DNA of 64,000 bases from a virus (taxonomy: Duplodnaviria > Heunggongvirae > Uroviricota > Caudoviricetes), in IMG/VR virus record IMGVR_UViG_3300050821_009413, positions 81,490 through 145,489 of that record, one strand, 5' to 3'. Within the stretch, counting starts at the first letter, position 1. Each line of letters opens with the position of its first letter. Below, piece after piece: positions 18,144 to 27,387 of the stretch. The notes below the pieces were generated by a model that saw nothing but the letters and a program-made list of their open reading frames with translations, was not told the origin of the DNA and made no database searches. A program made the position numbers and the translations under genes.

Positions 18144-18386
18144 GTGAAGATGCCCGGGGCGTGGGGCGGGTATTGGGTTACGCGGGTGTCCTGGCCGCCC
18201 CGGGCACGCCTGGTGCAAGGTGCTGTCACCTGCGGAATCTGGTGGTGCTTACTGATAGATGTGATCGGCAACTGGGCCGGTCAAAGCCACAGCGCGGACT
18301 CATCGTTCGTACCTATCATCGTCGGCACCGCCGTCGTCCTAGTCTTCACACACCCCGTCGCGCTGGCGCGCGTCCTAGACCGGTAA
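18144..18386 (+). CDS. small membrane protein
   Basis: 80 aa with two hydrophobic segments. Confidence 0.3.
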   Translation: MKMPGAWGGYWVTRVSWPPRARLVQGAVTCGIWWCLLIDVIGNWAGQSHSADSSFVPIIVGTAVVLVFTHPVALARVLDR

Positions 18387-18689
18387 ATAAGTGACAGTGC
18401 GCCGATAAAAAGCCTTCCGTTAAGTCGCGGGGTGCTCGGTTCCGAGTACGAAGGTGCCCCGCTTGACGGTGTGGTCAAGTACAACCGCCACGCCATAGAA
18501 GCGCGTCAACTCCCTGCCGAACCACTTCTCGGCGTCGAGTGGGTGCAGGTAGAGATGACTAGGCTCCGGTTGGAACAGGGCGTCCTTATGCCGCTGAACC
18601 GCCTTCAAAATCGAGCCGTGGGCGTATATCGCTTCATCCACAGTTCTCACGGTAGGCGTTCCTCTCTATGCCGATAACCATGCGTTTCG

Positions 18690-19244
18690 TCAACTATGGG
18701 TAGGCGTCTCGGCGTGACGTGTCGCAGCTAGGCATTGAATCAGCATTTCGGCGATCATGTCCGGTGTCAGGTCCACGTTGCAGCTAGGGCCGCGGCGCGC
18801 GTGCTTGTACCAGCAAATCCTGACCTCGCCCCATTCGAAGTTGGGCGGGCAACCGTCTGGATGTGTGTCGCCGTCGCACCAGCAGTAAGGGCGCATGGTG
18901 AAAACGTCAGTGACGAAAGGCTCCCCGCCGTAGTTGTCCGTCAGTGGATAAGTTGGTTCCTGGGTGATGTTCCCGACGACGCGGGCTATCTCATCACCGA
19001 TGGCGCGGAGGGCGGCTACAGCCAGCTCTGAGCATTCGCGCTTCTGCCAGGGGGTATTACTGAACCCGAGTTGCCCCAACTCGGGCATGAAGCCGTCCAC
19101 CGTTGACCTTATTTCTGGTGTGTTCTTGCGCCTTGGGCCAGCAACCCGGGCGCGTGTTCCTTCGCGTGATGCCCACAGAACTGCAGATCCAGACCGCTGG
19201 CCAGCCGAGCGACGCTGGTCGCTGCTGCCCCGCACCGATCGCAA
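18690..19244 (-). CDS. hypothetical protein (Cys/Trp-rich C-terminal region)
   Basis: The real start is probably internal (MPELGQLGF...). It carries CWCDGDTHPDGCPPNFEWGEVRICWYKH. Confidence 0.4.
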   Translation of the reverse strand: MRSVRGSSDQRRSAGQRSGSAVLWASREGTRARVAGPRRKNTPEIRSTVDGFMPELGQLGFSNTPWQKRECSELAVAALRAIGDEIARVVGNITQEPTYPLTDNYGGEPFVTDVFTMRPYCWCDGDTHPDGCPPNFEWGEVRICWYKHARRGPSCNVDLTPDMIAEMLIQCLAATRHAETPTHS

Positions 19245-19315
19245 CGTTCAAGCCGAGACTCGTGCGTATGCTGGGCCAGCAGCTCCGGTGCCTCAGTAAC
19301 AGTTACGTCGGTCAT
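19109..19315 (-). CDS. small zinc-ribbon protein
   Basis: CDRCG...CGHH gives two Cys pairs in 68 aa. Confidence 0.35.
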   Translation of the reverse strand: MTDVTVTEAPELLAQHTHESRLERCDRCGAAATSVARLASGLDLQFCGHHAKEHAPGLLAQGARTHQK

Positions 19316-19569
19316 AACCCCATCCCTTTCGGGTTGATCGGATGGACCATGGTGTCGTCGGTGAGAGCGCCGGTGGAGTCTAGCGTCACCGCCAATATCG
19401 CCGCCGCATGCAGCGCCTCAGCACCGACAACGCCGTCATTCAACGGCACCGACAGCACCGCCCACCTGCCGTCTGCGCGTTCATCGAGCGCGAACTCCCA
19501 GCTGGCTCCGTCATACCGTAGAGCACGCGCCGCGCGTTCCACGAATTCGTCGTCTACAGGTAGAACCAT
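19312..19569 (-). CDS. hypothetical protein
   Basis: 85-aa ORF. Confidence 0.4.
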   Translation of the reverse strand: MVLPVDDEFVERAARALRYDGASWEFALDERADGRWAVLSVPLNDGVVGAEALHAAAILAVTLDSTGALTDDTMVHPINPKGMGL

Positions 19570-20579
19570 CAGTTCTCCTTGGTCCGGGCGGTGCGGGTGG
19601 CCGCGATCCGTTTCGACACCTTCTTCGCTACGGATTCGGTAGCTGCATCATGCTCGCCGGCGGCGGCTTCTTTGTGGAGACGCTCCGCCTCTTTCCACAG
19701 ATCTTTGAGGAACGTTTTAGCGACGATCCGCAGGGCGCGCCGGTTCTTGTGGCCGTCCCGCAGGTCCGACCCGACCGGGGCAGGTTTACCTGGTGTGCCG
19801 CACGGCGGGCACGGATGGGTGTGCACAGCGTCCTCGTATTTAGCGCGGGCCTGGTCGTACACCACCCGGTACGGTGAGCCTTTACGGTTCCGTTCGGGCT
19901 GCGCGACCGCGATCATGCACCGCTCAGCGATAAGGTAGACCCGCATTTTGGCTTCGTCGTTCCAGTTGGCCAGCTCACCGCGGGTGCGTCGCCGCCCGGC
20001 ACCGTCAACGGGTGCGAGGCCGCAGTACGAATACAGTTCGTACAGGCCGCGGGGCCGGTCGTCGCCGTCGTGCCAGTAAGGGTCGCCGAGCGCGCCGAGT
20101 AGGCGGGCGAACTGCTTGGCCCCGACACCGGTGATCGGCTGCGCCCACGTCCACAACGGGTGGCTTCTCATGACCCGTTCGAGGTTCTTTATCGCCATGT
20201 CCAGGGAGTCGTCCAGCGCTTCCACTAGGGCTTCCAGCCTGCGCACGTCGGGGTGGTCGGTCGGCAGCCCGAACCCGCGGTGTTTCCCGTCGCTGTCCGC
20301 TTCGGCCCTGGTCAGCTGTCGCAACCTGTTTTGGTTTGCGTTGCGGACGTTCTCCAGGTCGTCCACAACATCGGCGGACAGCCGCAGGAACGGCGACCGC
20401 AGGAAAGAGCCGGGGACAGCGGCAACGGTCTGGGTATCACGCACGTTCTGGCCGTCCCTGGGGCTTGTGGGTGCAGGCAGTATCTTCAGGCTTGGCCGCC
20501 CCGGCAAGTTGACCTTGGTTGACGTTCGTTGCTTGGCTGGGGCGACGATCTTGGCGGGTTTCTTGGCAGGGTTGGTCAT
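19569..20579 (-). CDS. protein with IS110-family transposase C-terminal (Transposase_20-like) domain; N-terminus not DEDD-like; start probably downstream of annotated ATG
   Basis: AQPITGVGAKQFARLLGALGDPYW...LYELYSYCGLAPV resembles the helix-hairpin-helix C-terminal domain of IS110 transposases. The first ~55 codons overlap a GC-hairpin repeat. Confidence 0.45.
   Translation of the reverse strand: MTNPAKKPAKIVAPAKQRTSTKVNLPGRPSLKILPAPTSPRDGQNVRDTQTVAAVPGSFLRSPFLRLSADVVDDLENVRNANQNRLRQLTRAEADSDGKHRGFGLPTDHPDVRRLEALVEALDDSLDMAIKNLERVMRSHPLWTWAQPITGVGAKQFARLLGALGDPYWHDGDDRPRGLYELYSYCGLAPVDGAGRRRTRGELANWNDEAKMRVYLIAERCMIAVAQPERNRKGSPYRVVYDQARAKYEDAVHTHPCPPCGTPGKPAPVGSDLRDGHKNRRALRIVAKTFLKDLWKEAERLHKEAAAGEHDAATESVAKKVSKRIAATRTARTKEN
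20410..20464. repeat. GC-hairpin repeat copy
   Basis: CCGGGGACAGCGG...TGGGTATCACG...GGCCGTCCCTGGGG. Confidence 0.5.
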
Positions 20580-21079
20580 GGTAGGTCCTCAGGGTCTAGT
20601 TCGCGGGCGGTTTCAACACCGGCTTTACGCATCCGCAGAGCCAGGTCTTCATAAAATTCGGCTTGTGCGACAACCAGCGCCGCGTCTTTGCGTCGCGCTA
20701 CAGCGCAGAAGTCCAGGTCGTCGGCGGTGCAGTCACCCACCAACTTCCACCCGGTTCCGGTGCAGATTTTGGACCGGAAAATGTTCTCCCATTTCACCGA
20801 GCGGATAGCTGCGACGTTCGCTGACACCGACTGACGTGTTGACGGTGGCCGCCGCATCGCGGCGATAGCGGTGTTGCGTTCGAGGCGCAGCAGGTCGGGA
20901 ACCACCATCCGTAGGGCCTGCTCGTAGAACGCGAGGACCATTTCGGGTGGCGTGTTTTTGACGACCGCGGCTGCGATGACGTCGGGTTGGGAGCGTGGCC
21001 GTCTAGCGGCGATGTCCCGGACGAATGAGCGTAGTTGCATTTCCGGGTCTTCCTGGTTTTGTTTGAGTGCTGCTGTCAT
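20576..21079 (-). CDS. hypothetical protein
   Basis: 167-aa ORF overlapping the downstream gene by 4 bp. Confidence 0.45.
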   Translation of the reverse strand: MTAALKQNQEDPEMQLRSFVRDIAARRPRSQPDVIAAAVVKNTPPEMVLAFYEQALRMVVPDLLRLERNTAIAAMRRPPSTRQSVSANVAAIRSVKWENIFRSKICTGTGWKLVGDCTADDLDFCAVARRKDAALVVAQAEFYEDLALRMRKAGVETARELDPEDLP

Positions 21080-21116
21080 ACATAAATTATATCACACCCG
21101 GGTGCTATTTGGAACT

Positions 21117-21317
21117 TTACGTGAACCAGCTATCGCAGCACTGACACTTGAGGCAGTGCGACTCCCGGCTGCATTCGCCACACGGATCGTCAACGTCAAC
21201 TACTCGCGGAATGCCGAGGTAATCAAGCAGGCCTGGTTGCTTCGCGTCGATGAACGCGGCCATCTCGGCGCGCCGCTCAGGTGTCGGACGCATCATGGCC
21301 GTAAAGATCCTTCGCAC
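21117..21317 (-). CDS. small Cys-rich protein
   Basis: CGECSRESHCLKCQCCDSW. Confidence 0.35.
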   Translation of the reverse strand: MRRIFTAMMRPTPERRAEMAAFIDAKQPGLLDYLGIPRVVDVDDPCGECSRESHCLKCQCCDSWFT

Positions 21318-21762
21318 GGGTGATGTTCAAACCGGCACTCACCATGCCAACCATGCCTACACATAACACAAACACACAAACACACACGACCACGACGGAA
21401 CCAGCTAAGCGTCATCATCTGGTGCCTTGTGTCCGCACTTGATGCAGTAGCCGCCGGCGTCGGTGAACAGGCTCGGGTACACCATGTGACAATCGGAGAG
21501 CTGTTCGATGCTCCAACGCCACCAGCGGATATGCTCCTGCATCAGCACGGTACGCGTCCTGCATTTCTTACTCACGATGTCAGGCGCAGTTCAACGCGGT
21601 GGACCCTCGTGGTGGTATGGACATTCGGATCTCCGGTGGTAACTTCCACTCGGTATGCTGTGGGCCGCACATCATCGATACAGTCTGGCGATACTCCCAG
21701 CAACGCGGCCATCGCGTCGTGTAAGCGCGCTTGATCTTTGCTCATGGTTCTCCTCGTTTGGT

Positions 21763-21811
21763 CCGGGGCGGCGTCGGTCGTTGGGAAACATTCCGGCTAT
21801 GGCCGCCCCGG
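21763..21811. repeat. GC-hairpin repeat copy
   Basis: CCGGGGCGGCG...GGCCGCCCCGG. Confidence 0.45.
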
Positions 21812-22061
21812 TAGCTTAACTATGAATAGATGAAGTAGGTAGGTTTAATGTGGACCCGGAGCCGTGCGGACGCCCTGTGGTCCCGTAGGACATGGCCTTT
21901 ATGGCACTGCGCCCCGGGTCCAAGCATCTTAGTCGACGCGGCCTTCGCGTGTCCACGCCTCCGGTTCGCCGACGGTGATCGAGTTGATCTCATCTTTGAG
22001 ACCAGCTGGTACCTCTACAGTGTCGCTGCCCATTTTTCCTCCTCTCGTTATGTTGAAGTGG

Positions 22062-23198
22062 TCAGGAAATCTGTGCGGCGTATTGCTGCAGCGCCTCGAA
22101 TTGTTGTTGCAAGGTAGCTAGCACCTCGGCGGGGGCCGGGGATGTAATGTTTTCGATAGCTTCAGCTAACTCGGTCAACGCTGCTTGCACCTCCGGGATG
22201 CCGAGACCTGCACGTAACGGTCCAGAAGAAACTTGCATAGGAGACTCCGGCGGCGGTGTTTTAGGTACGGTGTTACGAGTCAGCCACCACCATCCGGTGC
22301 CATCACCGAGTGGCCTGTTCTGATGGTCACGCCGCCGGGATTCGCCGAGGATGCTGGGAGCGTGGACCAGCGGTCCTTTCGCTAACAGGATGCCGTCGGG
22401 CAGGACAGCGATGTTATGTGAGGTGTGGGCGGTGCCGTAGATCGGGACCCGCGACGACGGCGGCCAGTGGTGTCCCCTCTCGGCTGGGCCGGTCACCTGG
22501 CCGAAGATCTCACCGCCCAAGGTTTCAATGTCAGCGTCGGTGAGGTTAGATTCGACGGCGAAGATGTCGCCCTGCCGTTCGACCTGTATGCCGCCGGCTT
22601 CGGCGTCCACCACCGATGGTGGTTTCAACGCTTCGCGGGCCTCGGCGATGCCGCTGACCGGGTGGGGTAGGCGGCACAGGAAGTACAGCGGCGGCTCTTC
22701 CTGATCGTCGTACCCGGACAGGTAGTAGCGGTCGCCGATCGTGAACACCGACTCCATCGCTTCGCTGGTTTCGATGACTTTCGGGGCCGGGTCTTTAGGT
22801 GATCGTGCTTGGCGGAACGCTTCCCTGGCGTAGGGGAGCACGGGGGCGTGAGCCTTTTTGGCTTCATGCATGAACCGGTCGCGCCAGTATTGCGCCGGGA
22901 TTGTCGGGTGCGAAGCCATCGGTGTGTCCAGGCTTAGGAGGTAGACGCCGTTGTCGCGTTGCGCTAGCTGCCATCCGCCGGTTCTGCGGTACAGCTGGTG
23001 GTTCACGATGTACAGGTAGTTTCTGTAGTTCGTGACCCAACGTCCGTCGTCTTCTTCTCCGCGCAGGTATGCGCGGAGACATTCGTCGGCTTCTTTGAAG
23101 TAGTCCGGTTCTTCGTCCGGTTGCGCGTCGGGTTCCGGTTCGGGTGACAGCCCAAGAACCCCGCGGATGCGGTCCCGCATGTAATCGTAGAACGGCAT
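22062..23198 (-). CDS. hypothetical protein
   Basis: 378-aa ORF with a globular-like composition and no motif I can recognise. Confidence 0.5.
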   Translation of the reverse strand: MPFYDYMRDRIRGVLGLSPEPEPDAQPDEEPDYFKEADECLRAYLRGEEDDGRWVTNYRNYLYIVNHQLYRRTGGWQLAQRDNGVYLLSLDTPMASHPTIPAQYWRDRFMHEAKKAHAPVLPYAREAFRQARSPKDPAPKVIETSEAMESVFTIGDRYYLSGYDDQEEPPLYFLCRLPHPVSGIAEAREALKPPSVVDAEAGGIQVERQGDIFAVESNLTDADIETLGGEIFGQVTGPAERGHHWPPSSRVPIYGTAHTSHNIAVLPDGILLAKGPLVHAPSILGESRRRDHQNRPLGDGTGWWWLTRNTVPKTPPPESPMQVSSGPLRAGLGIPEVQAALTELAEAIENITSPAPAEVLATLQQQFEALQQYAAQIS

Positions 23199-23260
23199 GC
23201 CACCACCTCCCGTTTAAGCCAGTCCGCTACACTAAATTATACGCTACCCGGCTGGCAGGT

Positions 23261-23485
23261 CTAGCACCAGTCGAAACGATACGAATCAGGAATCTGAAAC
23301 GCCTCCGACTCCTGCCCAGGAAACAAGCCCAGCATCAACATCAACTTGACCGCATCATCAGTGTCGGTCGCGTAGTGAGCTACCGTGCGCCGGGCCGCGG
23401 CGCGCTGCTCCTCACCGATATCCCCAACGATGCCGGGCAGCGGCGGAACAGTGCGACCGATCTGCTCTCCATTAGCGAAGCTCAC
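23261..23485 (-). CDS. hypothetical protein
   Basis: 74 aa. Confidence 0.3.
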   Translation of the reverse strand: MSFANGEQIGRTVPPLPGIVGDIGEEQRAAARRTVAHYATDTDDAVKLMLMLGLFPGQESEAFQIPDSYRFDWC

Positions 23486-23558
23486 GCGGTGTATCCAGAA
23501 GTCATGCTCGGACTGTATACCACCGCACTGGCATCAACCTACCTTATTCAGATAATCC

Positions 23559-23861
23559 TCAGATCAGTTTCAAATGCTCAGGCTTGTACGCTACCTCGCT
23601 GTGGTCGCCGATCTTCTTGGAGTGCACCACCCGCACATACACCCAGTCGGCACCCGCGCCTTTGATGTGCCCGATCTTGCCTTTGTACCCGAACTGGGGG
23701 TGCAGGATCCGGACATGCCGGCCACGTTTCCACGCCTCACCTACGCACCTGCGCCGTTTGCCGGGATCGTAGCGTCGTTCGGCCATGGGTCGTCTCTCCA
23801 ATCTGAGCGCCGCCGCAACAACGGATTCGGGATACGCGCATCGCTCTTCGGGTGATACCAA
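23559..23861 (-). CDS. hypothetical basic protein
   Basis: 100 aa, Lys/Arg-rich C-terminal half. Confidence 0.35.
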   Translation of the reverse strand: MVSPEERCAYPESVVAAALRLERRPMAERRYDPGKRRRCVGEAWKRGRHVRILHPQFGYKGKIGHIKGAGADWVYVRVVHSKKIGDHSEVAYKPEHLKLI

Positions 23862-23919
23862 TATTTAGCTTGCGGATTCTGTTCAAAGAAACGCTTCGCG
23901 ACCGGGTTCATCCCCTCAG

Positions 23920-24384
23920 TTAACTATCCCGGGGTGACCTGGCGGGAAAGCTCATGTTAATGTCTTCGTCTGGTGTCCACGCGCAGTCGGTGTCGTGCCC
24001 GTCCTCGAGCGTGCAGGTATACGGAACACCGTGCTCGTCGGTGCGCGCCTTCCAGCACAGGAACGGCTCCTGAGGCTGCCAGTGGATCCGCGCCGCCACC
24101 AGCTGCGGGCGGTCCGGGCGACCCAACTCCTCGTACCGTTTCAGAAGGAACTTGTACATGCTGCGGGCCGCTTCCTCATCCCGGTACTCGAACACCTTCA
24201 CCGGTGTTCCGGCCTCGCCCCAGCGGACACCCCACTTGATGCCGCCGGCGTACCCGCTCACAGCGTCTCCGGCGTCAGGAGCATGGTGTTCTTTCCGAGG
24301 TTGGTGGCGTCGCAGTCCAAACCCAGGAACCTGGTGCCGCCCATGAACCGCTCGTAGCAGCGGTGATAGTGCCCGTGAGCCCAC
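23920..24384 (-). CDS. hypothetical protein (start probably internal)
   Basis: Overlaps the downstream gene by 126 bp if the longest ORF is used. Confidence 0.35.
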   Translation of the reverse strand: MGSRALSPLLRAVHGRHQVPGFGLRRHQPRKEHHAPDAGDAVSGYAGGIKWGVRWGEAGTPVKVFEYRDEEAARSMYKFLLKRYEELGRPDRPQLVAARIHWQPQEPFLCWKARTDEHGVPYTCTLEDGHDTDCAWTPDEDINMSFPARSPRDS

Positions 24385-25064
24385 AGCTTCGGACAGGTGG
24401 CGTCGTAGACGCGGCGCACTTTGTCGCGGTGCACCGACGCCCCGTACAGCATGTGGTCCGGGAATTCACCGCGCACCTGAGTCTTGAAGTCGGCTCCCAC
24501 GCCAGGAATGTCAACCCCGGTCGGGCAGTCGTGAGCGACCACCACATCAACCGGAACGCCATCATCGCGGGACGCGTACTCGATGTCGTTCAACGACAAC
24601 TCCTCACCGGCCCACCAGCCCACGTTCTCGGTACGCATGTACCTGTCCACCGAGAACGCACCACCCAACGCCATGAACCGTTTACCCCACCACGTCCACC
24701 GGAACCCGCGCGGCAAATGAACCGTCATGGGACGGTCGGGGGAGTTGAACTCGGCGGTACGTGAGTGATCCTCATGGTTCCCGTCCACCCAATAGATCGG
24801 GATCTCCCATTCCTGTGCTTCTTGCTCCACGCCCTGCAAGTACCGGTCGGTCGCCTCGCTGTCAACCCAGAACCCGAAATCCCCCAGGTGCAGGATCGCA
24901 TTCGCACCAGACTTGTACGCATATTGAAATACGGATTTCATCCAGGGCAGGTTTCCGTGGGTATCCCCTACCGCCAAAACAATGTCCGGATGTTGAAGTA
25001 GATCGGGGACGGCGGACGCGGTGTGGGTGCCACGAGGGGCCTGGCCGTCCCCGAAGTCTGTCAT
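24258..25064 (-). CDS. calcineurin-like metallophosphoesterase
   Basis: VGDTHGN...HLGDFGFW...GNHEDH...AHDCP...GHYHR are MPE motifs I-V. The annotated N-terminal 20 codons are a GC-hairpin repeat, so the true start may be downstream. Confidence 0.7.
   Translation of the reverse strand: MTDFGDGQAPRGTHTASAVPDLLQHPDIVLAVGDTHGNLPWMKSVFQYAYKSGANAILHLGDFGFWVDSEATDRYLQGVEQEAQEWEIPIYWVDGNHEDHSRTAEFNSPDRPMTVHLPRGFRWTWWGKRFMALGGAFSVDRYMRTENVGWWAGEELSLNDIEYASRDDGVPVDVVVAHDCPTGVDIPGVGADFKTQVRGEFPDHMLYGASVHRDKVRRVYDATCPKLWAHGHYHRCYERFMGGTRFLGLDCDATNLGKNTMLLTPETL
25004..25053. repeat. GC-hairpin repeat copy
   Basis: GGGGACGGCGG...GGGTGCCACG...GGCCGTCCCC. Confidence 0.5.
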
Positions 25065-25615
25065 GCGCCTAACTTCCTTAACAATTCCTCGGCGGCGATA
25101 ACCTTCGCCTGCTTCTCTAGCTTAAACTGTTCGGCGCGCCAACCGTTCCAAATATAGAGCGGCAGAACGCTGAGTGAGACCGCCGCGGTTATCAAGGCTA
25201 ACGCCCACCAAAGCGAAAAATGGTCGGCTACCCAAAGCGCACCGGGCATGATCGCGAAAGTGCAGGCAATGATGCTCAGCACGGCGGTGACCTCCCAGTG
25301 CCACCGCCAAGTGGCGTAGAAGCACAACAGATACAGGGCAACACCGCCCACAGTCCAACAGGAGGCCCACAGGGGCCACATAAGAGTGTGCGTCATCTCA
25401 AGGTTTCCGCGTTCTGCGCAGCTGGTGCGCCGCGTCAACAACCGCGGCGTGCAGCTCATCAGCGGCGTCGACAGCTTTTGCTGCGGCGAGGACCGCCTTA
25501 AGCGCGACCCACGATAGGGCGTTAACAATTCTGATACCAAGCATTGCTGTTCCTTTGGTTGGCCGGGACGGCAGTCATTTTTTGGGTGCCACGTTCTCCA
25601 TGGCCGTCCCGGCAC
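25061..25615 (-). CDS. membrane protein (likely start near 25395, MTHTLMW...)
   Basis: The C-terminal 110 aa contain four hydrophobic helices. The N-terminal extension is Arg/Pro-rich and probably not translated. Confidence 0.45.
   Translation of the reverse strand: MPGRPWRTWHPKNDCRPGQPKEQQCLVSELLTPYRGSRLRRSSPQQKLSTPLMSCTPRLLTRRTSCAERGNLEMTHTLMWPLWASCWTVGGVALYLLCFYATWRWHWEVTAVLSIIACTFAIMPGALWVADHFSLWWALALITAAVSLSVLPLYIWNGWRAEQFKLEKQAKVIAAEELLRKLGA
25562..25613. repeat. GC-hairpin repeat copy
   Basis: GCCGGGACGGC...TGGGTGCCACG...GGCCGTCCCGGC. Confidence 0.5.
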
Positions 25616-25623
25616 GACTTTCC

Positions 25624-26082
25624 TTATCTACCCATCGTGTAGTGCGGGTCGTCTGGCGGGTAGATATCAACCCGCACACCGTCCAGGTCGGCGAGCGCTT
25701 CGCGGATGAGTGGCTCAACCTCGGCCCACTTCAAACCACCCAGCCCGCAACCCAGCGGGGGGATCGCGACCGATTCCAGCCGCAGATCGTAGAGGACCTG
25801 CCGCAAATCCTGCAGCCCTTCGATGATGTAACTGATCTCCGAAGGATGTCTCCAATCATCCTTGGTGGGGAAGTTGATCAGCCACCGCCCCTCATTTCGG
25901 TCGAACCAAGTCCACATCTTCCCGGTCCGCACCTGCCCGTGCGCGCACGCGCCCTGATAGGCCTCGTTCATCACCGGGTACCGCAGCCGGAACTGCGCCG
26001 CCAACCCGCCGCCCATGTTCCCGACACAGTTGATCGTGTTGATGATCGCGTCGCAGTCGGAATCAAAAATGTTATCCGGCAC
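25624..26082 (-). CDS. macrodomain protein of the TARG1/DarG-like subfamily (ADP-ribose/ADP-ribosyl-DNA hydrolase candidate)
   Basis: AIINTINCVGNMGGGLAAQF...INFPTKDDWRHPS...IPPLGCGLGGLKWAEVE...DIYPP parallels TARG1/DarG macrodomain blocks: a CxxxMGAGIAxxF-like block, a catalytic Lys region and GCGLDRLxWxxV. Confidence 0.7.
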   Translation of the reverse strand: MPDNIFDSDCDAIINTINCVGNMGGGLAAQFRLRYPVMNEAYQGACAHGQVRTGKMWTWFDRNEGRWLINFPTKDDWRHPSEISYIIEGLQDLRQVLYDLRLESVAIPPLGCGLGGLKWAEVEPLIREALADLDGVRVDIYPPDDPHYTMGR

Positions 26083-26202
26083 CGAACACCTCCTTCAAAT
26101 CTTCCTCGGACAGCGACATTGAGATCTCCAATTCGATCTCATCCCGAGTCAGATTAACCCGGGTGCCGCCGAAAAGCACCGAAAAACTTCTAGGATCGCT
26201 GC

Positions 26203-26433
26203 TCATCCCAGGCTCCTTTTTCCTTGTTTGATCAGGCGTATCTGCCGCGAGATGAACATCGCATCACGCGGATGCTTCATCCACATCCACGTCTCGCGCA
26301 TCTGGTAGCCCCAAAATCCTGGTCTCGTCACGGTCCACCAGATTTTCCATCCCGGACCGCAGTACGGCTTCATTCTTCTTCGGGGTCCTGTTGGACTGTG
26401 ATGCCGAAGTGTTGGGCGTTGCGGTATGCCCAC
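26203..26433 (-). CDS. hypothetical small protein
   Basis: 76 aa. Confidence 0.3.
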   Translation of the reverse strand: MGIPQRPTLRHHSPTGPRRRMKPYCGPGWKIWWTVTRPGFWGYQMRETWMWMKHPRDAMFISRQIRLIKQGKRSLG

Positions 26434-26573
26434 TCCGCGGATCCGGTGGCGTTGGTTTCCCAGAATTGGTGCATACCGTGCGGTGTTTGGTGGTAGATCT
26501 GTAACCGGTATCGGTACGCGGCTGCTGTGCAGTCCCAGTACTTGTTGATCCTACGTTCGCCTAGCTCAGGCAT
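26370..26573 (-). CDS. hypothetical small protein
   Basis: 67 aa. Confidence 0.3.
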   Translation of the reverse strand: MPELGERRINKYWDCTAAAYRYRLQIYHQTPHGMHQFWETNATGSAEWAYRNAQHFGITVQQDPEEE

Positions 26574-26885
26574 TTAACTCTCCTTATTTTCGGGATTTGT
26601 AATTCCTCCCCCGGCCCCGCCCAAAACATTTCCGTTACCAGCAGCGTTGGCGGCGGCCTCTTCTTTGGCGTTGAGTCTGGCAATCATTCCGTCGCGGCTG
26701 TATCGCACGCTGACGTAGGCATATTCCGGTACTTCCACGATCTCGATGCCGGGCAGCGACAACAGCACATCGGCAACCCGGTCGACCCAGCGATCCATGA
26801 GATCGTCTTGACTTGCCGTCGTGGGACTGGGGGCCTCTTTTCGCAAAACTTCGGCGAGGCGTGCGCGAAGGTCGGTCATGCCCAT
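26574..26885 (-). CDS. small paralog-family protein (MGMTDLRARLAE start)
   Basis: First of three tandem paralogs. Confidence 0.45.
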   Translation of the reverse strand: MGMTDLRARLAEVLRKEAPSPTTASQDDLMDRWVDRVADVLLSLPGIEIVEVPEYAYVSVRYSRDGMIARLNAKEEAAANAAGNGNVLGGAGGGITNPENKES

Positions 26886-27182
26886 GGCAGTTCGAAGTCC
26901 TTGCTGGTGTCGACGGTGATACGTTCTCGGATGTCGAATTTGGACAGCAGCACACCGGCAACATGCCCAGGCCAGCCGCCATTATCAAAGTCGTAGGCTT
27001 CGGGATCGAATCCGCAGCGACATTTAGGCCAGCAGGGATGGTTGGGGTCAGTGCGTCGTGCGTGTTCCCGTAGTGCGTCGGCGAGGCGTGCGCGAAGGTC
27101 GGTCATGCCCATGGCAGTTCGAAGTCCTTGCTGGTGTCGACGGTGATACGTTCTCGGATGTCGAATTTGGACAACAGCACAT
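26851..27182. repeat. about 105-bp direct repeat, two copies 227 bp apart (26851-26955 and 27078-27182)
   Basis: TCGGCGAGGCGTGCGCGAAGGTCGGTCATGCCCATGGCAGTTCGAAGTCC...GGACA(G/A)CAGCACA is identical apart from 1-2 mismatches. Confidence 0.7.
26876..27112 (-). CDS. small paralog-family protein
   Basis: Starts MGMTDLRARLAD and ends GVLLSKFDIRERITVDTSKDFELPWA. Confidence 0.45.
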   Translation of the reverse strand: MGMTDLRARLADALREHARRTDPNHPCWPKCRCGFDPEAYDFDNGGWPGHVAGVLLSKFDIRERITVDTSKDFELPWA

Positions 27183-27387
27183 CGGCGAGCTGCCCTGCCG
27201 ACATGGACATCACCGCTGCTACACGCTTGGTGAGTTCATCGTCGGTGTCGGCGAAAACGATCCGCGCTGTCTCGGTGAACAGTACGTCTGCGATGCGTTC
27301 GCGAATATCACTCATGAGCGAGCCTGCACGCTTCACAATAACCACGCTCCACCGACACAGCAGCCCACAAAGGCTGCCCACAATCAC
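27103..27387 (-). CDS. small paralog-family protein
   Basis: Ends with the identical 26-aa tail ...LLSKFDIRERITVDTSKDFELPWA. Confidence 0.45.
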   Translation of the reverse strand: MIVGSLCGLLCRWSVVIVKRAGSLMSDIRERIADVLFTETARIVFADTDDELTKRVAAVMSMSAGQLADVLLSKFDIRERITVDTSKDFELPWA

